Assembly: GCA_951406725.2 (NCBI GenBank)
Contig: OX597819.1
Location: 42,594,001 to 42,658,000 of the forward strand
Origin: Octopus vulgaris
Taxonomy: Eukaryota
Direction of reading: 5' to 3'
DNA length: 64,000 bases
Part shown: positions 12,205-24,254 of the stretch, one piece after another
Layout: every line of letters starts with the position of its first letter
How positions within the stretch are numbered: position 1 is the first letter of the stretch
The notes under the pieces: generated by a model
What the model was told of the DNA's origin: nothing
Databases searched by the model: none
The model's input: the letters and a program-made list of their open reading frames with translations, nothing else
Made by a program: the position numbers and the translations under genes

Positions 12205-13485
12205 CGAGGGACGTTCAATAAGTAATGCCCCTGACCCACTTGCAATTGTTTGATCTAGCTGAAATTTTGCATGAGCAATTATTTCTATCTCTATAGATTA
12301 AATGGCAAATTACAGCTCTGAACTAATTGTGGTTTCTGATTTACAGGTGTTTGAACTGAGTCAAATGTGAAATGGAGCCTGTTGAGTGTCGAGCAGTGAT
12401 CCGGTTTTTGTATTTGAAAGGACGCACACTTTTGATGAAATGAAAGTAACTTATGGTGATGATGCCCCGTCATATGACCTTGTAAAACGCTGGCATCGTG
12501 AATTCAAACATGGTCGGAACTCTGTGGAAACAGTTCCCAGATCTGGTCACCCCGCTTCTGCCATTGATGAGGCATCTGTCCGTCAAGTTGAGGCTGCTAT
12601 TTTGGAAGAGCGACGCATAACTATTCGCCAAATAGCCCACGAGGTCAAGATTAGTACTGGGTCTGTGGAAACTATCATTCATGACCATTTTCATATGCAA
12701 AAGATGTCTGCCAGGTGGACTCCCAGGTTGCTCACACCTTTACAGAAGCAAGAACGCGTCGAGTGCTCGAGGATGAATTTGGAGATGTGCCAAGAAGATG
12801 AGTCAAAATTTTTCAAAAGACTGATTACACAGGATGAAACCTGGGTCCATCACTATGATCCAGAGACCAAAGCCCAGTCAATGCAGTGGAAGTACCGTGA
12901 CTCACCTCCAAAGAAGGCAAGGGTGCAGCCCTCCGCTGGCAAGGTCATGCTCACAGTCTTCTGGGACCAGGACGGAGTAGTGATAACAGATTTCCTGGCA
13001 AAGGGTACCACAATTACAGGAGCCTATTATGCTTCACTTTTGAGGAAATTAAGAGAAGCTATCAAAATCAAGAGGCGGGGCAAGATCAGCAAAGGCATCC
13101 TCCTCCTGCAGGACAATGCTCCGGTCCACAACTCGCGTGTCACCAGATCAGAAGCACAAGCATACGGCTATGAACTCCTCCCCCATCCCCCCTACTCTCC
13201 TGACCTTGCACCCTCTGATTTTCACCTCTTCCCAGCCATGAAGTTTGTTTTTGAAAGGAAAGCGTTTCCCAGATAATGCAGCTTTGATTTCTGAAGTCAC
13301 GTCGTGGTTGGAGGACCAAGCTAGGGTCTTCTACAAAAACGGTCTCCAGAGCTGCATCAAACGATGGGAGAAATGCGTAACTCTGTGTGGTTCCTATGTA
13401 GCAAAAGACTAATAACTGTGCCAAGTTTCGTTGCTCTACTGCTATGGGAAGTGGGTCAGGAGCATTACTTATCGAACACCCCTCA
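12205..13485 (+). mobile_element. Full-length (1281 bp) mariner DNA transposon, defective
   Basis: TIRs CGAGGGACGTTCAATAAGTAATGCCCCTGACCCACTT and AAGTGGGTCAGGAGCATTACTTATCGAACACCCCTCA, flanked by TA on both sides. Confidence 0.92.
12372..13412 (+). pseudogene. Mariner DD34D transposase with frameshifts near both ends
   Basis: Start MEPVECRAVIRFLYLKG at 12372; motifs WTPRLL, TQDETW, LQDNAPVH, YSPDLAPSDF; C-terminus RWEKCVTLCGSYVAKD lies in another frame. Confidence 0.88.
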
Positions 13486-13709
13486 TAAAAGAGAGCAAAG
13501 CTACAGGAAACCAAAAGACATATGATAACAATAAGCAGTCAGCTACAGTACCCTAGTTGTTACCACTCCCAATGAAGTATTCCTCACCATCCAGATGACA
13601 TGCATTTTACTTAGAAGGGGATGAGAACAGAATTCAGGAATCTGGGGCACACAGACTCAAGATTCAGTAAATGTTGGGCAATCCTTTTAGATAAATATTT
13701 CACAAGAAA

Positions 13710-14720
13710 TAGTTGGTAGAATGTAACAAGTTAGGGAGCAAAAGTTTCTTTGTGGTTTATCATTTAATGCTGAGAACCCAATGTTTGTATATCTTTTTAA
13801 GCCGTCCAAGAATCACTGTACATAACTGAGCCAGGTTTGATGTATTTTTGAATTAGTGGAAGCAATGTAGCTTTGTCACGCTTCTGACCAGTCACAGGAA
13901 CAACAAAGCGACGTTTGCTAATCCGCTCAATTCCAGCGAATATACAATCTATAAATGGAATTAATTGATTATATCTATAAGAGCAATCAAGACGATTGGA
14001 ACGGGAAAAAAATGTAAACTATTAACGTGGATCATTTTGAGAGAAAAGAAACAGCAGAGATATGACGCAAGTGATAATTTTATGATAAAACAATAAACGG
14101 CTTTGGATGGGGACAATTAGCAAATGGAATATTTACTGTAATAAAAGAAATGAAAATTTGGTGCTTTTTCATGGCAATACCAAATAAAATACACTTTAGA
14201 TTTTATTCGCCTAATTAAAGAAGTTTACCGGAGTACAGAATTTATATCGATGTCACACTAGCAATATTGAAAACTTTCAGTCAAGTAGCCAGGTCCATTG
14301 GCTTTTATTAAAGAACGGGGCGATCCTTCGGTATAGGTACCCTAAGTGGCTGTGTTTGCATTTCTGAAGATAACAGAAACCCTTTTCTTCCACCCCTAAC
14401 CCCTATATATATTTTTAAAAAAACACTTTCTTGAAATGTATCCGATACTTCCGGGTCGTATACCGAAGTTACGCCTAATTAAAATCGATCTTAGACTAGT
14501 AATATTGAAAACTTTCACTATTGTCTGGAATTTCTAATTAGCTAGGTTCATTGGCTTTTACTAAAATAAAATATGTAGTATATCTTACCTGTTAGGATAA
14601 ATAAATCAGTGTTTAATACGAAATATCTTTAAATACATGAAAAAGAGATTTAGCGGGAAATGTCATTTGAAGACTCTACGAAAAACCGACACTGTAAGTC
14701 AACGAAATTACCCTCAGATG
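13710..14720 (-). repeat. Duplicated ZNF first-exon/intron module (donor at 14588, exon ~14589-14710)
   Basis: 14017-14310 is near-identical to 9745-10040; TATCTTACCT donor and GAAAAACCGACAC...AACGAAA motif as at 10062 and 25959. Confidence 0.7.
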
Positions 14721-15014
14721 TGTATTTCGTATTATTACTCTTTTGGTCAGTTTTTAATGTGTCGGTGATTACATTTTAGAAATGCGAATTTTAAGAAAAA
14801 GATGCAAAACTGCTTATTTCAATTCAATTGCTACTTATACAGGGCCGGATTAAGGTCCACCGTTGCACGTAGAAAATTTTGCCCCTCATCCCATAAAGAT
14901 TATGTAATTCAAAATGTAAACAATAACAAGCCATAAAATAAATTTTTATTTTTCAAAACGAAACGAAACAGTAAGATGGAAAATAATGTTTATTTTTGCA
15001 TACTTCCACTTTAC

Positions 15015-15412
15015 TTTTTTACTTGGTTCAGTCATTTGACTGTGGCCATGCTGGAGCACCGCCTTTCGTCGAGCAAATCGACCCCAGGATTTATTCATTG
15101 TAAGCCTAGTACTTATTCTATCGGGCTCTTTTGCCGAACCGCCAGGTTACGGGGACGTATACACACCAGCATCGGTTGTCAAGCGATGTTGCGGGGACAA
15201 ACACAGACACACAAACATACATACATACACACACACATATATACATATATACGACGGACTTTTTTCAGTTTCCGTCTACCAAATCCCCTTACAAGGTTTT
15301 GGTCGGCCGAGGCTATAGTAAAAGACAGTTGCCGAAGGCGCCACGCAGTGGGACTGAACCCGGAACCATGTGGTTGGTAAGCAAGCTACTAACCACACGG
15401 CCACTCCTGCGG
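15015..15412 (-). mobile_element. tRNA-derived CORE-like SINE (octopus OR-type)
   Basis: Reverse complement of GGAGTGGC.GTGTGGT.AGTAGCTTGCTTACCAACCACATGGTTCCGGGTTCAGTCCCAC...CAGTCAAATGACTGAA. Confidence 0.85.
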
Positions 15413-15417
15413 TTTTG

Positions 15418-15535
15418 ACAAAATTTTGTATTTTATAAGTTATCTTGTGTTAAAGTTGTCATATTTGGGTAATTTTAACCAATCAACAACATGTATTCAA
15501 CTGTAGCAAGTTACTGCTGTTGTTTGCGGACAACA
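15418..15535 (+). mobile_element. Merlin 5'-leader remnant
   Basis: AAGTTATCTTGTGTTAAAGTTGTCATATTTGGGTAATTTTAACCAATCAA...TTACTGCTGTTGTTT matches 54300-54395. Confidence 0.5.
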
Positions 15536-15659
15536 ATATGGGTCCATTGACAAAACGATGAATCTTCGACAAAAGAAAAATTTAAACTGAAAATCTCTGC
15601 TAACAAAACCCTTTTTTAATAACCAGAAATGTTTTTATAGTAACATATATGATAATGTA

Positions 15660-15706
<47 letters not shown>

Positions 15707-16079
15707 TACGGAGATGTACTTGCATAGCAAGTGACCTGACCTGAGATCGTGTGCTGGAACGCAACAATTGCAGCGTGGAAGGTGTTTATAAGCCATTTAA
15801 GAAACACACAAAAACCGTTAGATTCACTTCAACATTTAAATTTAATTTGTGAAAATATTTTCGTCACTTTGAGACCGCGAACTGTTCACTGATAAAACTC
15901 CATGCTGCATCTGAGAAAGTAACAGTTAGTTCATGATATATATGTACATATGTATGTGTGCATGTATGCATTTATGTATGTATGTGCATATGTATGTATG
16001 TGTGTATATGTATATGTATGTATATATATATATATATATATATATAGTTCTGGTAGTGACTCAGCTATTAGAGCAAGGT

Positions 16080-17549
16080 ATATGCTGATGACCTTGCTCT
16101 AATTGCTGAGTCACTATCAGAACTAGAGGCAAAGTTTCAAATGTGGAGACAAGGATTAGAATCGAAGGGCTTTAAAATCAACCTAGCTAAAACCAAGGTC
16201 CTAATGTGTAGGAAGGCAGGTAAATCAAACGCCTTCAGGTAGATGGCCCTGCTCGATCTGTAGAAAAGGCGTAGGCAGAAGCTCTATAAGATGCACCAAG
16301 TGTAAGCTATGGACACATAAGAGGTGCAGCAATGTCAAAAGAAGGCTAACTAGGAAGGTAGTTTTTGTATGTGGCAGATACTCAGGAGCAATAAACACTG
16401 AAAATGCTCAGAGACCAACTTCTGCCACATTCCAGGGAGAAAAACTAGAAATTGTTGATAGCTTCTGTTACCTAGGTGACCAAGTCAGTCGCGGGGGTGG
16501 GTGTGCTGAAAGTGTAACTGCTAGAGTAAGAATAGCCTGGGCAAAGTTCAGAGAGCTATTACCTCCGCTGGTGACAAAAGCCCTCTCAATCAGAATAAAA
16601 GGCAGACTGTATGACGCATATGTACGAAAAGTCATGCTACATAGCAGTGAAACTTGGGCCGTGACTGCTGAGGACATGAGTAAGCTCATAAGAAATGAAT
16701 CCAGTATGCTCCGATGGATGTGTAATGTCAGTGTTCATACTCGACAGAGTGTAAGTACCTTGAGAGAAAAGTTGGACTTAAGAAGCATCAGATGTGGTGT
16801 GCAAGAGAGATGTTTGTGCTGGTATGGTCATGTAGCGAGAATGGATGAAGATAGTTGTGTGAAAAAGTGCCACACCCTAGCGGTTGAGGGAACCTGTGGA
16901 AGAGGTAGACCCAGGAAAACCTGGGATGAGGTGGTGAAGCATGACCTTCGAACATTAGGTCTCACCGAGGAAATGACCAGAGACTGAGACCTTTGGAAGT
17001 ATGCTGTGCGTGGGAAGACCCAGCAGGACAAGTGAGACCATAGCCCGTGGCCTCTACCTGGGATGTAGCCAGCCCACTTGTGCATACCTTTCCTTCTTGT
17101 GACACAAACTCTACTTGTGTAGACCTGTTGCGGTAAGTGAAAATGAAAATGAAAATCTAAATCAATCAACATCAATGGAAATTGTAGCTGTGATACCAGT
17201 GCCGATGGCATGTAAGAGAACCATCTGAACGTGGCTGTTGCCAGTGCCGCCCCGACTGGCCTCCGTGCCAGTGGCACGTAAAATGCACCATCCGATTGTG
17301 GCACGTAAAAAGCACCATCCGATTGTGGCCGTTTGCCAGCCTCATCTGGCACCTGTGCAGGTGGCACGTAAAAAGCACCCACTACACTCGCGGAGTGGTT
17401 GGCGTTAGGAAGGGCATCCAGCTGCAGAAACACTGCCAGATCAGATTGGAGCCTGGCACAGCCTCCTGGCTTCCCAGACCCCAGTTGAACCGTTCAACCC
17501 ATGCTAGCATGGAAAACGGACGTTAAACGATGATGATAATGATGATGAT
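16080..17549 (+). mobile_element. 5'-truncated RTE-clade LINE (RT C-terminus, embedded Cys-rich finger, 3' UTR, (GAT)n tail)
   Basis: YADDLALIAES...NLAKTKVL; WPCSICRKGVG..CTKCKLWTHKRC; FCYLGD; RIKGRLYDAYVRKVMLHSSETW; GRGRPRKTW; tail GGACGTTAAACGATGATGAT. Confidence 0.9.
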
Positions 17550-17569
17550 ATATATATATATATATATTT

Positions 17570-20500
17570 GTAAAAAAGAAGTTTGAAAACGCCACTATAT
17601 TAGATAAATTTTAATTTTCTTATGAATTTTACATGTTTCGGTTCTTGAAAAAACGAACCTTATCAAAAATATTATAGAAAGAAAAGTGCAATAGAAAAGT
17701 TCATAATTGTTTCTTACTGGTCTCAATAGAATCCATGTGGTGGTGTTTTGTCGGTAGTTGGTATAATCACTATATTATAGTTGAGTGTAGTAAAGAAGTT
17801 CATTATTGTTTCTTGCTGGTATCAAAAGGAACCATGTGCTTATTTTTTTTTTCCTTGTGTTCCAATGGAATGGTAGCAGCAGTAGTGATTGTTGGTCGTA
17901 GTAGTAGTAACCGTGGTGGTGGTTGGGGTTGCAGCAGCTTATTGGTTGTGGTGGCTAAGTTGTGGCTGTCCTAGCAGCAGCAGTATGTTTAGTGGCTTAA
18001 ATGGCAGTAGTAGCAGTTACTGTTGGTCGTAGTTTTGGCAACTGTGGTGGTGGTTGGGGTTGTAGCAGTTAAGCTGTGGCCGTAGCAGCAGCAGTAGTAG
18101 AGGACTGTTGCTCATAGCAGCAATAGTAGTGACCACGGTGGTTGTAGTAGTAGTGATAGTGGAAGCAGTCGTAGTGATCGTAGTGGTTGTGGTAGAATTT
18201 CATTTTCCTTTTCGGAAGACCAATGTTTTGTTTTTATATTCCTGGCCTATTGTGTTCAAACTTGGTCTAAATTTTTTGATGAAATAAAGTTCTTTATTTT
18301 GGCGTTGGGTGAAGGTTACGCTGTCACTGAATTTGTAAAGTGGGCAAGTTGTAAATTTCGGATTTTCATTTGAAGCACATCTATCTATGTGTCCGCTGAC
18401 TGGTATTTTCCGGTATTCAGGGTTTCTAATTTGGGATTTATGCACCGCCATCCTTTTACGTAAGCTATTTTTTGTATGGCCTATATATTGCCTATTGCAA
18501 CCTGCACATGTTAAGATGTAAATTAAGTTTTCTGATGCACAGGTGAAGTTTGTTCTAATGGTGAACTGATGGCCTTGCTTTAGTATAAATTCTGAACCTT
18601 CTACCAAGATGACACAGATTCCGCAGTTGGGCTTTCCACATGTTCTAACTGCTGGTTTTGTGGTTGATGTTGAGTGCAGTTTAGCTTGGGTTAAAATCCT
18701 TTTCAAGGATTTTGGTTGCCGTTACTTTTAATGATGGTGTGTGTTTCGAGGATCCGGTTCATCTTTGGGTCTCCCTTTAGTAGGGCTGTGCTTTGTAGTA
18801 TGGTGCTGAAGGCCGCATTGTTAAGTGGGTTGTGTGTAGAGATATAGGGAAGGGTTTTTAATTTTTCTTTCTTTTTTGGTTTTGTTTGTCTCAGGTCTTC
18901 TATACTTAATTTAAGTGCCCGTTGGATTGCACTGTCTATTAGAGGCTGTGGATAATTTCTATTTGTGAGTGTAGTTCTAAGTTCCTGGAGACGTGTGTGT
19001 TGGGTGTTTGTGTCTGATATTATGGTGCAAATCCTAGCTAAACAAAAAGGGACATTTATTCTAGTGTGTCTTGGGTGGCATGAATCAAAGGGTAGGTACT
19101 GCTTGGAGTTTGTCGATTTATAATAGATATCTGTGTCTATTTTGTTGCCGGCTTTCTTAATGAGGACATCTAAAAATGGCAATTCTTCTTCGTTATGATC
19201 CATCGTGAACTGAATATTATCATTTATTCCATTTAATAGTATTTTAAATTCCTCAAGTTTCTCTATACTTTTATCCCAGAGGATAAAGCAGTCGTCGAGG
19301 TATCTTTTCCAGTTGTTCTGGATATAGGTGGAGAAGGTGTTTCCATATTTCTCGAGTGTTTTCTGGTAGAGTATTTTCTCGAGGTATCCCATCACTAGGT
19401 TGGCAAAAAAGGCGCAGTACGCGTGCCCATCGCTGTTCCCGATCTTTGTCTGTAGAAATTATTGTCAAAAATAAAGTAATTGTTTTCTAAAATAAATGTA
19501 AGTCCTTCTATTATAAGTTCTTTATTTATGCGAGTTGGGAGTTCAAAGTAGTTATTTAGCCAGAAAGTGATCGCTTCTATTCCTAGGGTGTGAGGGATGT
19601 TTGAATAAAGGTTAATTACGTCGAAGGATACTAGAAGGGTTTTCTCATTGACTGTTTTGGGGAGGTGGTTAAGCATGTCTATATCATCTCTTACGTAGCT
19701 TTTGATGTGCTTTAGGAAAGGTTTAAGAAGTGTGTCTAAGAAATTGCTGAGGCGGTGAGTTTCACATGCTGGGCCTGCTATTATCGGTCTAAATTTAAGA
19801 TCATTTGGTGAAGGGATTTTGATGAGTATATCGGTAGATGTTTTGCATGTTTCACTAATTATTTGGCTTTTGTGGACTTTAGGGATACCGTAGAACAAAC
19901 TTGATTTGCACTTAAAGTTAGTGATGTATTCGTACTCCTTGTCCGTGAGTCCTTCTCGGTATGTGTTGATTAATGTCCTGAGGTTATACATTATTTTTGG
20001 CTGATTATACTGTTGGGCCCTTTCATAATACGTTTCATCTTTTAATAGGGATAGCACTAAATTTTTATAATCGTTTGTAGTCATTAATACTACCGCGTTG
20101 CCCTTATCTGCCTCCTTAATTGTTATTGTTTTGTCTTCTCTTAGTTTGATGAGGTCATTCCATTCTCTTTTGTTAAAGTTTTGGCTATGTTTTTGTTTCT
20201 TGGTGAATTGAAAAGGGAAATTAGTTATGTAGTCACAATAGCAGTCTAAGGCTTTATTCTTTCCCTTGGTAGGGGTGTAATTGCTGTTGTTTCTAGCTAT
20301 TGATTCATCTATTTGTTTGCCATGAAATTCCTCAGCAAGTCTTAGTTTCCTACAAAATTCAGAAATATCATCTTTCATTTCATAGTAATTAGAACGTTGT
20401 GGGGTTGGTGTAAATTTAAGTCCTTTGGAAAGTATGCTTATTTTGTTAGGTGTAATATCTTTATTTGAGAGATTGATTATTTTAATTACCTGTGGTTTCT

Positions 20501-21240
20501 TTTGTTTGTCCGTTGCCATCGTGTATCCCTGTTCCTGTGTGTTAGGTCTAAAAAATGGTTGGTGTAGTTATGTTCAAAAATACTGTTTATCTGTCTCCTG
20601 TTGTTATCATTTTCAGAGTGAGTTTGTGGTGCTCTGTTTTGTAGTGTGTTTTTGTACCTCGTGTTCCGTCTTAGTTTATCAGGTATATTGTGTTGGTAGT
20701 TGTTTCTTCCGTAGTGTATTTGTTGTTTGTTAGGTTTGTATAGTTGGTTCCTAGGGTAGATGTTTGGTGGTGGAGTCTTAGTTTGGTTATGTGGATTGTT
20801 TTTCATAGAATTGTATGTTGTAGCCCTTTGGTTCTCTAAATGGTTTGGTGGGCCCCTGTAAGTGTTTTGGGGTTGGTGTAGGTAGTGTGGGGTACATTTT
20901 AAATGTATTTTTCTGGTGTAGAGTGTGTTTAGATTTCTTGGTGGTTGTTCCATTCTGTTAGTATTTGGTTTTGTTTTACTTAATTTTATGAAGGGGTTGT
21001 TGGATATGAGTTCATTTTTGAAGTTGGTTTCATAATCCAAGAACCAGTTGGCGCTCTTTTCCCATCGTTGGAGGGACTTTGGTCCTTCTTTTTCACATTC
21101 TTCTTTCCATAGTGTAAGTAATGTTTCAGTATTGATGTTGTCTGTTAGTTTGATGACTTCTTCGTTGTTTTCTACATCTATGGTTTTTACTTTTTCTTCA
21201 TTCGTCTTAGCTCTCAGTTTAAGTACTTCTATTTCCATCC

Positions 21241-21241
<1 letters not shown>
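17570..21241 (-). mobile_element. Near-full-length Penelope-like retroelement (Neptune-like), frameshifted
   Basis: Collinear ORFs 20486-21240, 19395-20519 (LSKGLKFTP, ADKGNAVV, FYGIPKVHK, RPII, SFDVINLY, GTAMGT), 18703-19395 (RYLDD, LPFLDV, SCHP) and 18200-18706 (GIY-YIG: CGKPNCGIC, NLIYILTCAGCNRQYIG); flanked by (TA)n. Confidence 0.92.
17628..17675 (-). ncRNA. Degenerate type I hammerhead ribozyme in the 3' pLTR of the Penelope-like element
   Basis: Minus strand TTGATAA-GGTTC...GAACC-GAAA-CATG-TA; two core changes relative to CUGAUGA. Confidence 0.5.
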
Positions 21242-21286
<45 letters not shown>

Positions 21287-21512
21287 TCCTGTCATAACCT
21301 GGGACCTTGAAGACTGCTTAAATGCAAGAAAGTATACTAGTCCCTTAATATTTGATATTCAATATTTCATCTATTCAATAAGACAATCAATACTTCATTT
21401 CATTTTACTATATATACTATTTATATTATATATTCTATATTCTACATTAATATTATAAAGAATATAAATAAAACATAAAAAAGAGAGTTGGAATTTCTTT
21501 GAATACACACAT

Positions 21513-21543
<31 letters not shown>

Positions 21544-22295
21544 CATACATACATGTTGTGGTGCACCTAAGCACTGTATACAATAATTTCATTATTATTA
21601 TTATTATACACACACACACATTAATAATAGGCAGAAGTTACAGAGTGATAATGGCCAAATTCGTGTTTGATAAGTTCCAGTACACGAAACTCTCAGCTTT
21701 TGACTTAATTTCTAATTTCTGCAGATGATATATACACATACATACAAATATGTGTAAAAAAAATCTCATCACACAATCGAACCAATAAAAGAGCCTCTGC
21801 CTGGTCGCTCGACATGCTAAAAATAGCAGCCAAAGTATCCCTCTACTTAAATCACACGCCCATTGTACGTAACGTCCTAGATTATCCCTAAAAAGACAGT
21901 TTGCTGAAGGCTGGAATGTCTTTGATGATAGGTTTGTTGTATCAGGGTTGATTTGAGGCTAAATAACAATAAAATTATTACTGAGACTGACCAACGATGG
22001 AGCCTGTATGTGGTTGTATGATCTGCTAGAAAAAGTAGCCAAACTTCTTTATATTCTGAATAGAAAAACCTCTGATACATTCAACCAGTATCCAAAGTTT
22101 CAAACTGTTTAGCTAAGAAAAATTAATTAAAAAATCCATGACTGGGATTGACAAGATCCGTGAAACTACTCTCGTACAACACTGGATATTAGCCATAATA
22201 TGTACTAAGTTCCCATAACATTTTCTATTTATTTCATACGAAAATCTGAATAAAATTACGTTAGTTAAGGGAATCTCAATATTTGGAATATGGAT

Positions 22296-22699
22296 ACTCT
22301 TTTACTTGTTTCAGTCATTTGACTGCAGCCATGCTGGAGCACCACCTTTAGTCGAGCAAATCGACCCCGGGACTTATTCTTTGTAAGCCCAGTACTTATT
22401 CTATCAGTCTCTTTTGCCAAACTGCTAAGTGACAGGGACGTAAACACACCAGCATTGGTTGTCAAGCAATGCTAGGGGGACAAACACAGACACACAAACA
22501 TATACACACACACATACATATATATATACATATATACGACAGGCTTCTTTCAGTTTCCGTCTACCAAATCCACTCACAAGACATTGGTCGGCCCAAGGCT
22601 ATAGCAGAAGACACTTGCCCAAGATGCCACACAGTGGGACTGAACCCAGAACCATGTGGTTGGTAAGCAAGCTACTTACCACACAACCACTCCTGCGCC
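22296..22699 (-). mobile_element. OR-type CORE-like SINE, full length
   Basis: Same family as 15015-15412 and 56237-56642. Confidence 0.88.
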
Positions 22700-23159
22700 T
22701 ACTTGCGATCTTTTATTCTTTCAACTTTTCTTTAACTTCAGCTACTTCATCATTCAGTGAAGAATATTGTTTTAACCACAAGATAGCTCTGATTGTAATG
22801 GATCTGTGAGAAAAGGCGCTCCAGCCATGACCATTTTGTCTTATTCTTTTCTAGAAGTAATGAATTCCCAAGTGAACATTATAAAATAATATAAACTTGC
22901 ATTATTTTTTTTTCTTGAAAACGGTAATTTCATTTCTTTTCTTTTCGTCAGGAAGATTCAGTTACTCTTTCTAGCACTCAGGTAAAGTCTCTCTTGTTGC
23001 CTTGACTTGTTCCCTTTGTCACCTTTTGTTTAGTCCCGAGTTGGATCTGATTGGACAGATATGATCAAAGACGTCCCAACTGTGACCGTTCCGTCTTTCT
23101 TCCCAGACATAATGGAGGCTATGTATATATCACAGGATAGAGGTTTTTCTATTCTGTAT

Positions 23160-24251
23160 ATAAAAAAGTTTGGCTACTTCTTGATTTTTGAACTTCTTCT
23201 CTTGCAGGAAACCATCAAGGTGCTTGAAAAAGTGGAAGCTGGTAGGAGAAAGGCCTGGGGAATAAGCTGGGTGGGGAAGAACTTCATAGCCAAGTTCCCT
23301 CAACTTCTGGATCGTCATTAGTGAAATGTGGTCAAGCAATGTCATTAAGAATGGTTGGCCCTCTTCTGTTGACCAGTCTGGAATGGACAAGTAACAGTTT
23401 TGCATTCATTTTGGCAATTTCATAGCAATATGTTTCTGTAGTAATGGTTTTTCTAGGTTTTAAGAAGTTATAGTGGATGAGTCCATCTGCACACCACAAA
23501 ATAGTCACCTTAACCTTCTTTTTGAAGAGTTTGGGTTTAGGGAAGATGTTTGGTGCTTCAATTTGGTCCAACCACTGCGAAGAACGTTTTTTATTATTGT
23601 CCACTTTTCATCACAAGTTACAATATGGTCAAGAAATGGATCAGTCTGGTTACAGAGAAAAAGCGGCAAGCAAATTTCATATTTGCACAATTACTAATTT
23701 TCATTCAAATCGTGTTTTACCCATTTGTCAAGCTTTCTTGATTTTCTGAGAGCACGCAAGTGGTTGCAGGCAGTTTTCTGGCTAACTTTAAGTTCTTCTG
23801 CCAGTTTCCGAGTAGTTTTACATGGATCTTTCTCAATGACAGTCTTTAATTGACCATCATCGATGACAGACGGGCGTCCACTACGCTCACGATCTTCAAG
23901 GCTGAGATCACCACTACGAAATCGTTTAAACCATTTTCGAGCTGACCACTCACTGGTCATTTCCTCACCAAATGTTTCATTGATATCGCGAGCACTTTCA
24001 GCTGCTTTACGTCCTTTTTTGAAGTTGAAAAGCAAAATTGCTCGAATATCACGCTTTGATAGTTCCATTTCAGATTATTATAACTACAGTGAAAAAATAT
24101 CAATGTTAATTATATTGATGCATTTGGGCAAGTCTATGTCTGTATTGTCAGACAATTGGAAAACAAATGTTTAAAAAGATTCAAAACTCTGCAAAAATCC
24201 AGTACAGATTTTTCATGGTTTAAAATGTTGCTTACTTTTTACTGAACCTGA
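23160..24251 (-). mobile_element. Second mariner (different subfamily), 3'-truncated and frameshifted
   Basis: 5' TIR-like TCAGGTTCAGTAAAAAGTAAGCAACATTTT; ORF fragments MELSKRDIRAILLFNF..WVKHDL, IVTCDEKW, WCADGLIHY, HPAYSPGLSPTSFHFF; no 3' TIR found. Confidence 0.85.
23694..24068 (-). CDS. Mariner transposase N-terminal DNA-binding domain ORF (124 aa; expression unknown)
   Basis: Uninterrupted HTH-RSGRP-HTH region ending just after the WVPHEL-like motif WVKHDL. Confidence 0.45.
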   Translation of the reverse strand: MELSKRDIRAILLFNFKKGRKAAESARDINETFGEEMTSEWSARKWFKRFRSGDLSLEDRERSGRPSVIDDGQLKTVIEKDPCKTTRKLAEELKVSQKTACNHLRALRKSRKLDKWVKHDLNEN

Positions 24252-24254
24252 GGT

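Noticed and set aside
14976-15418. Recurrent ORFs such as LPNPLTR...TEPGTMWLVSKLLTT
   Set aside because: Translations of the multi-copy SINE
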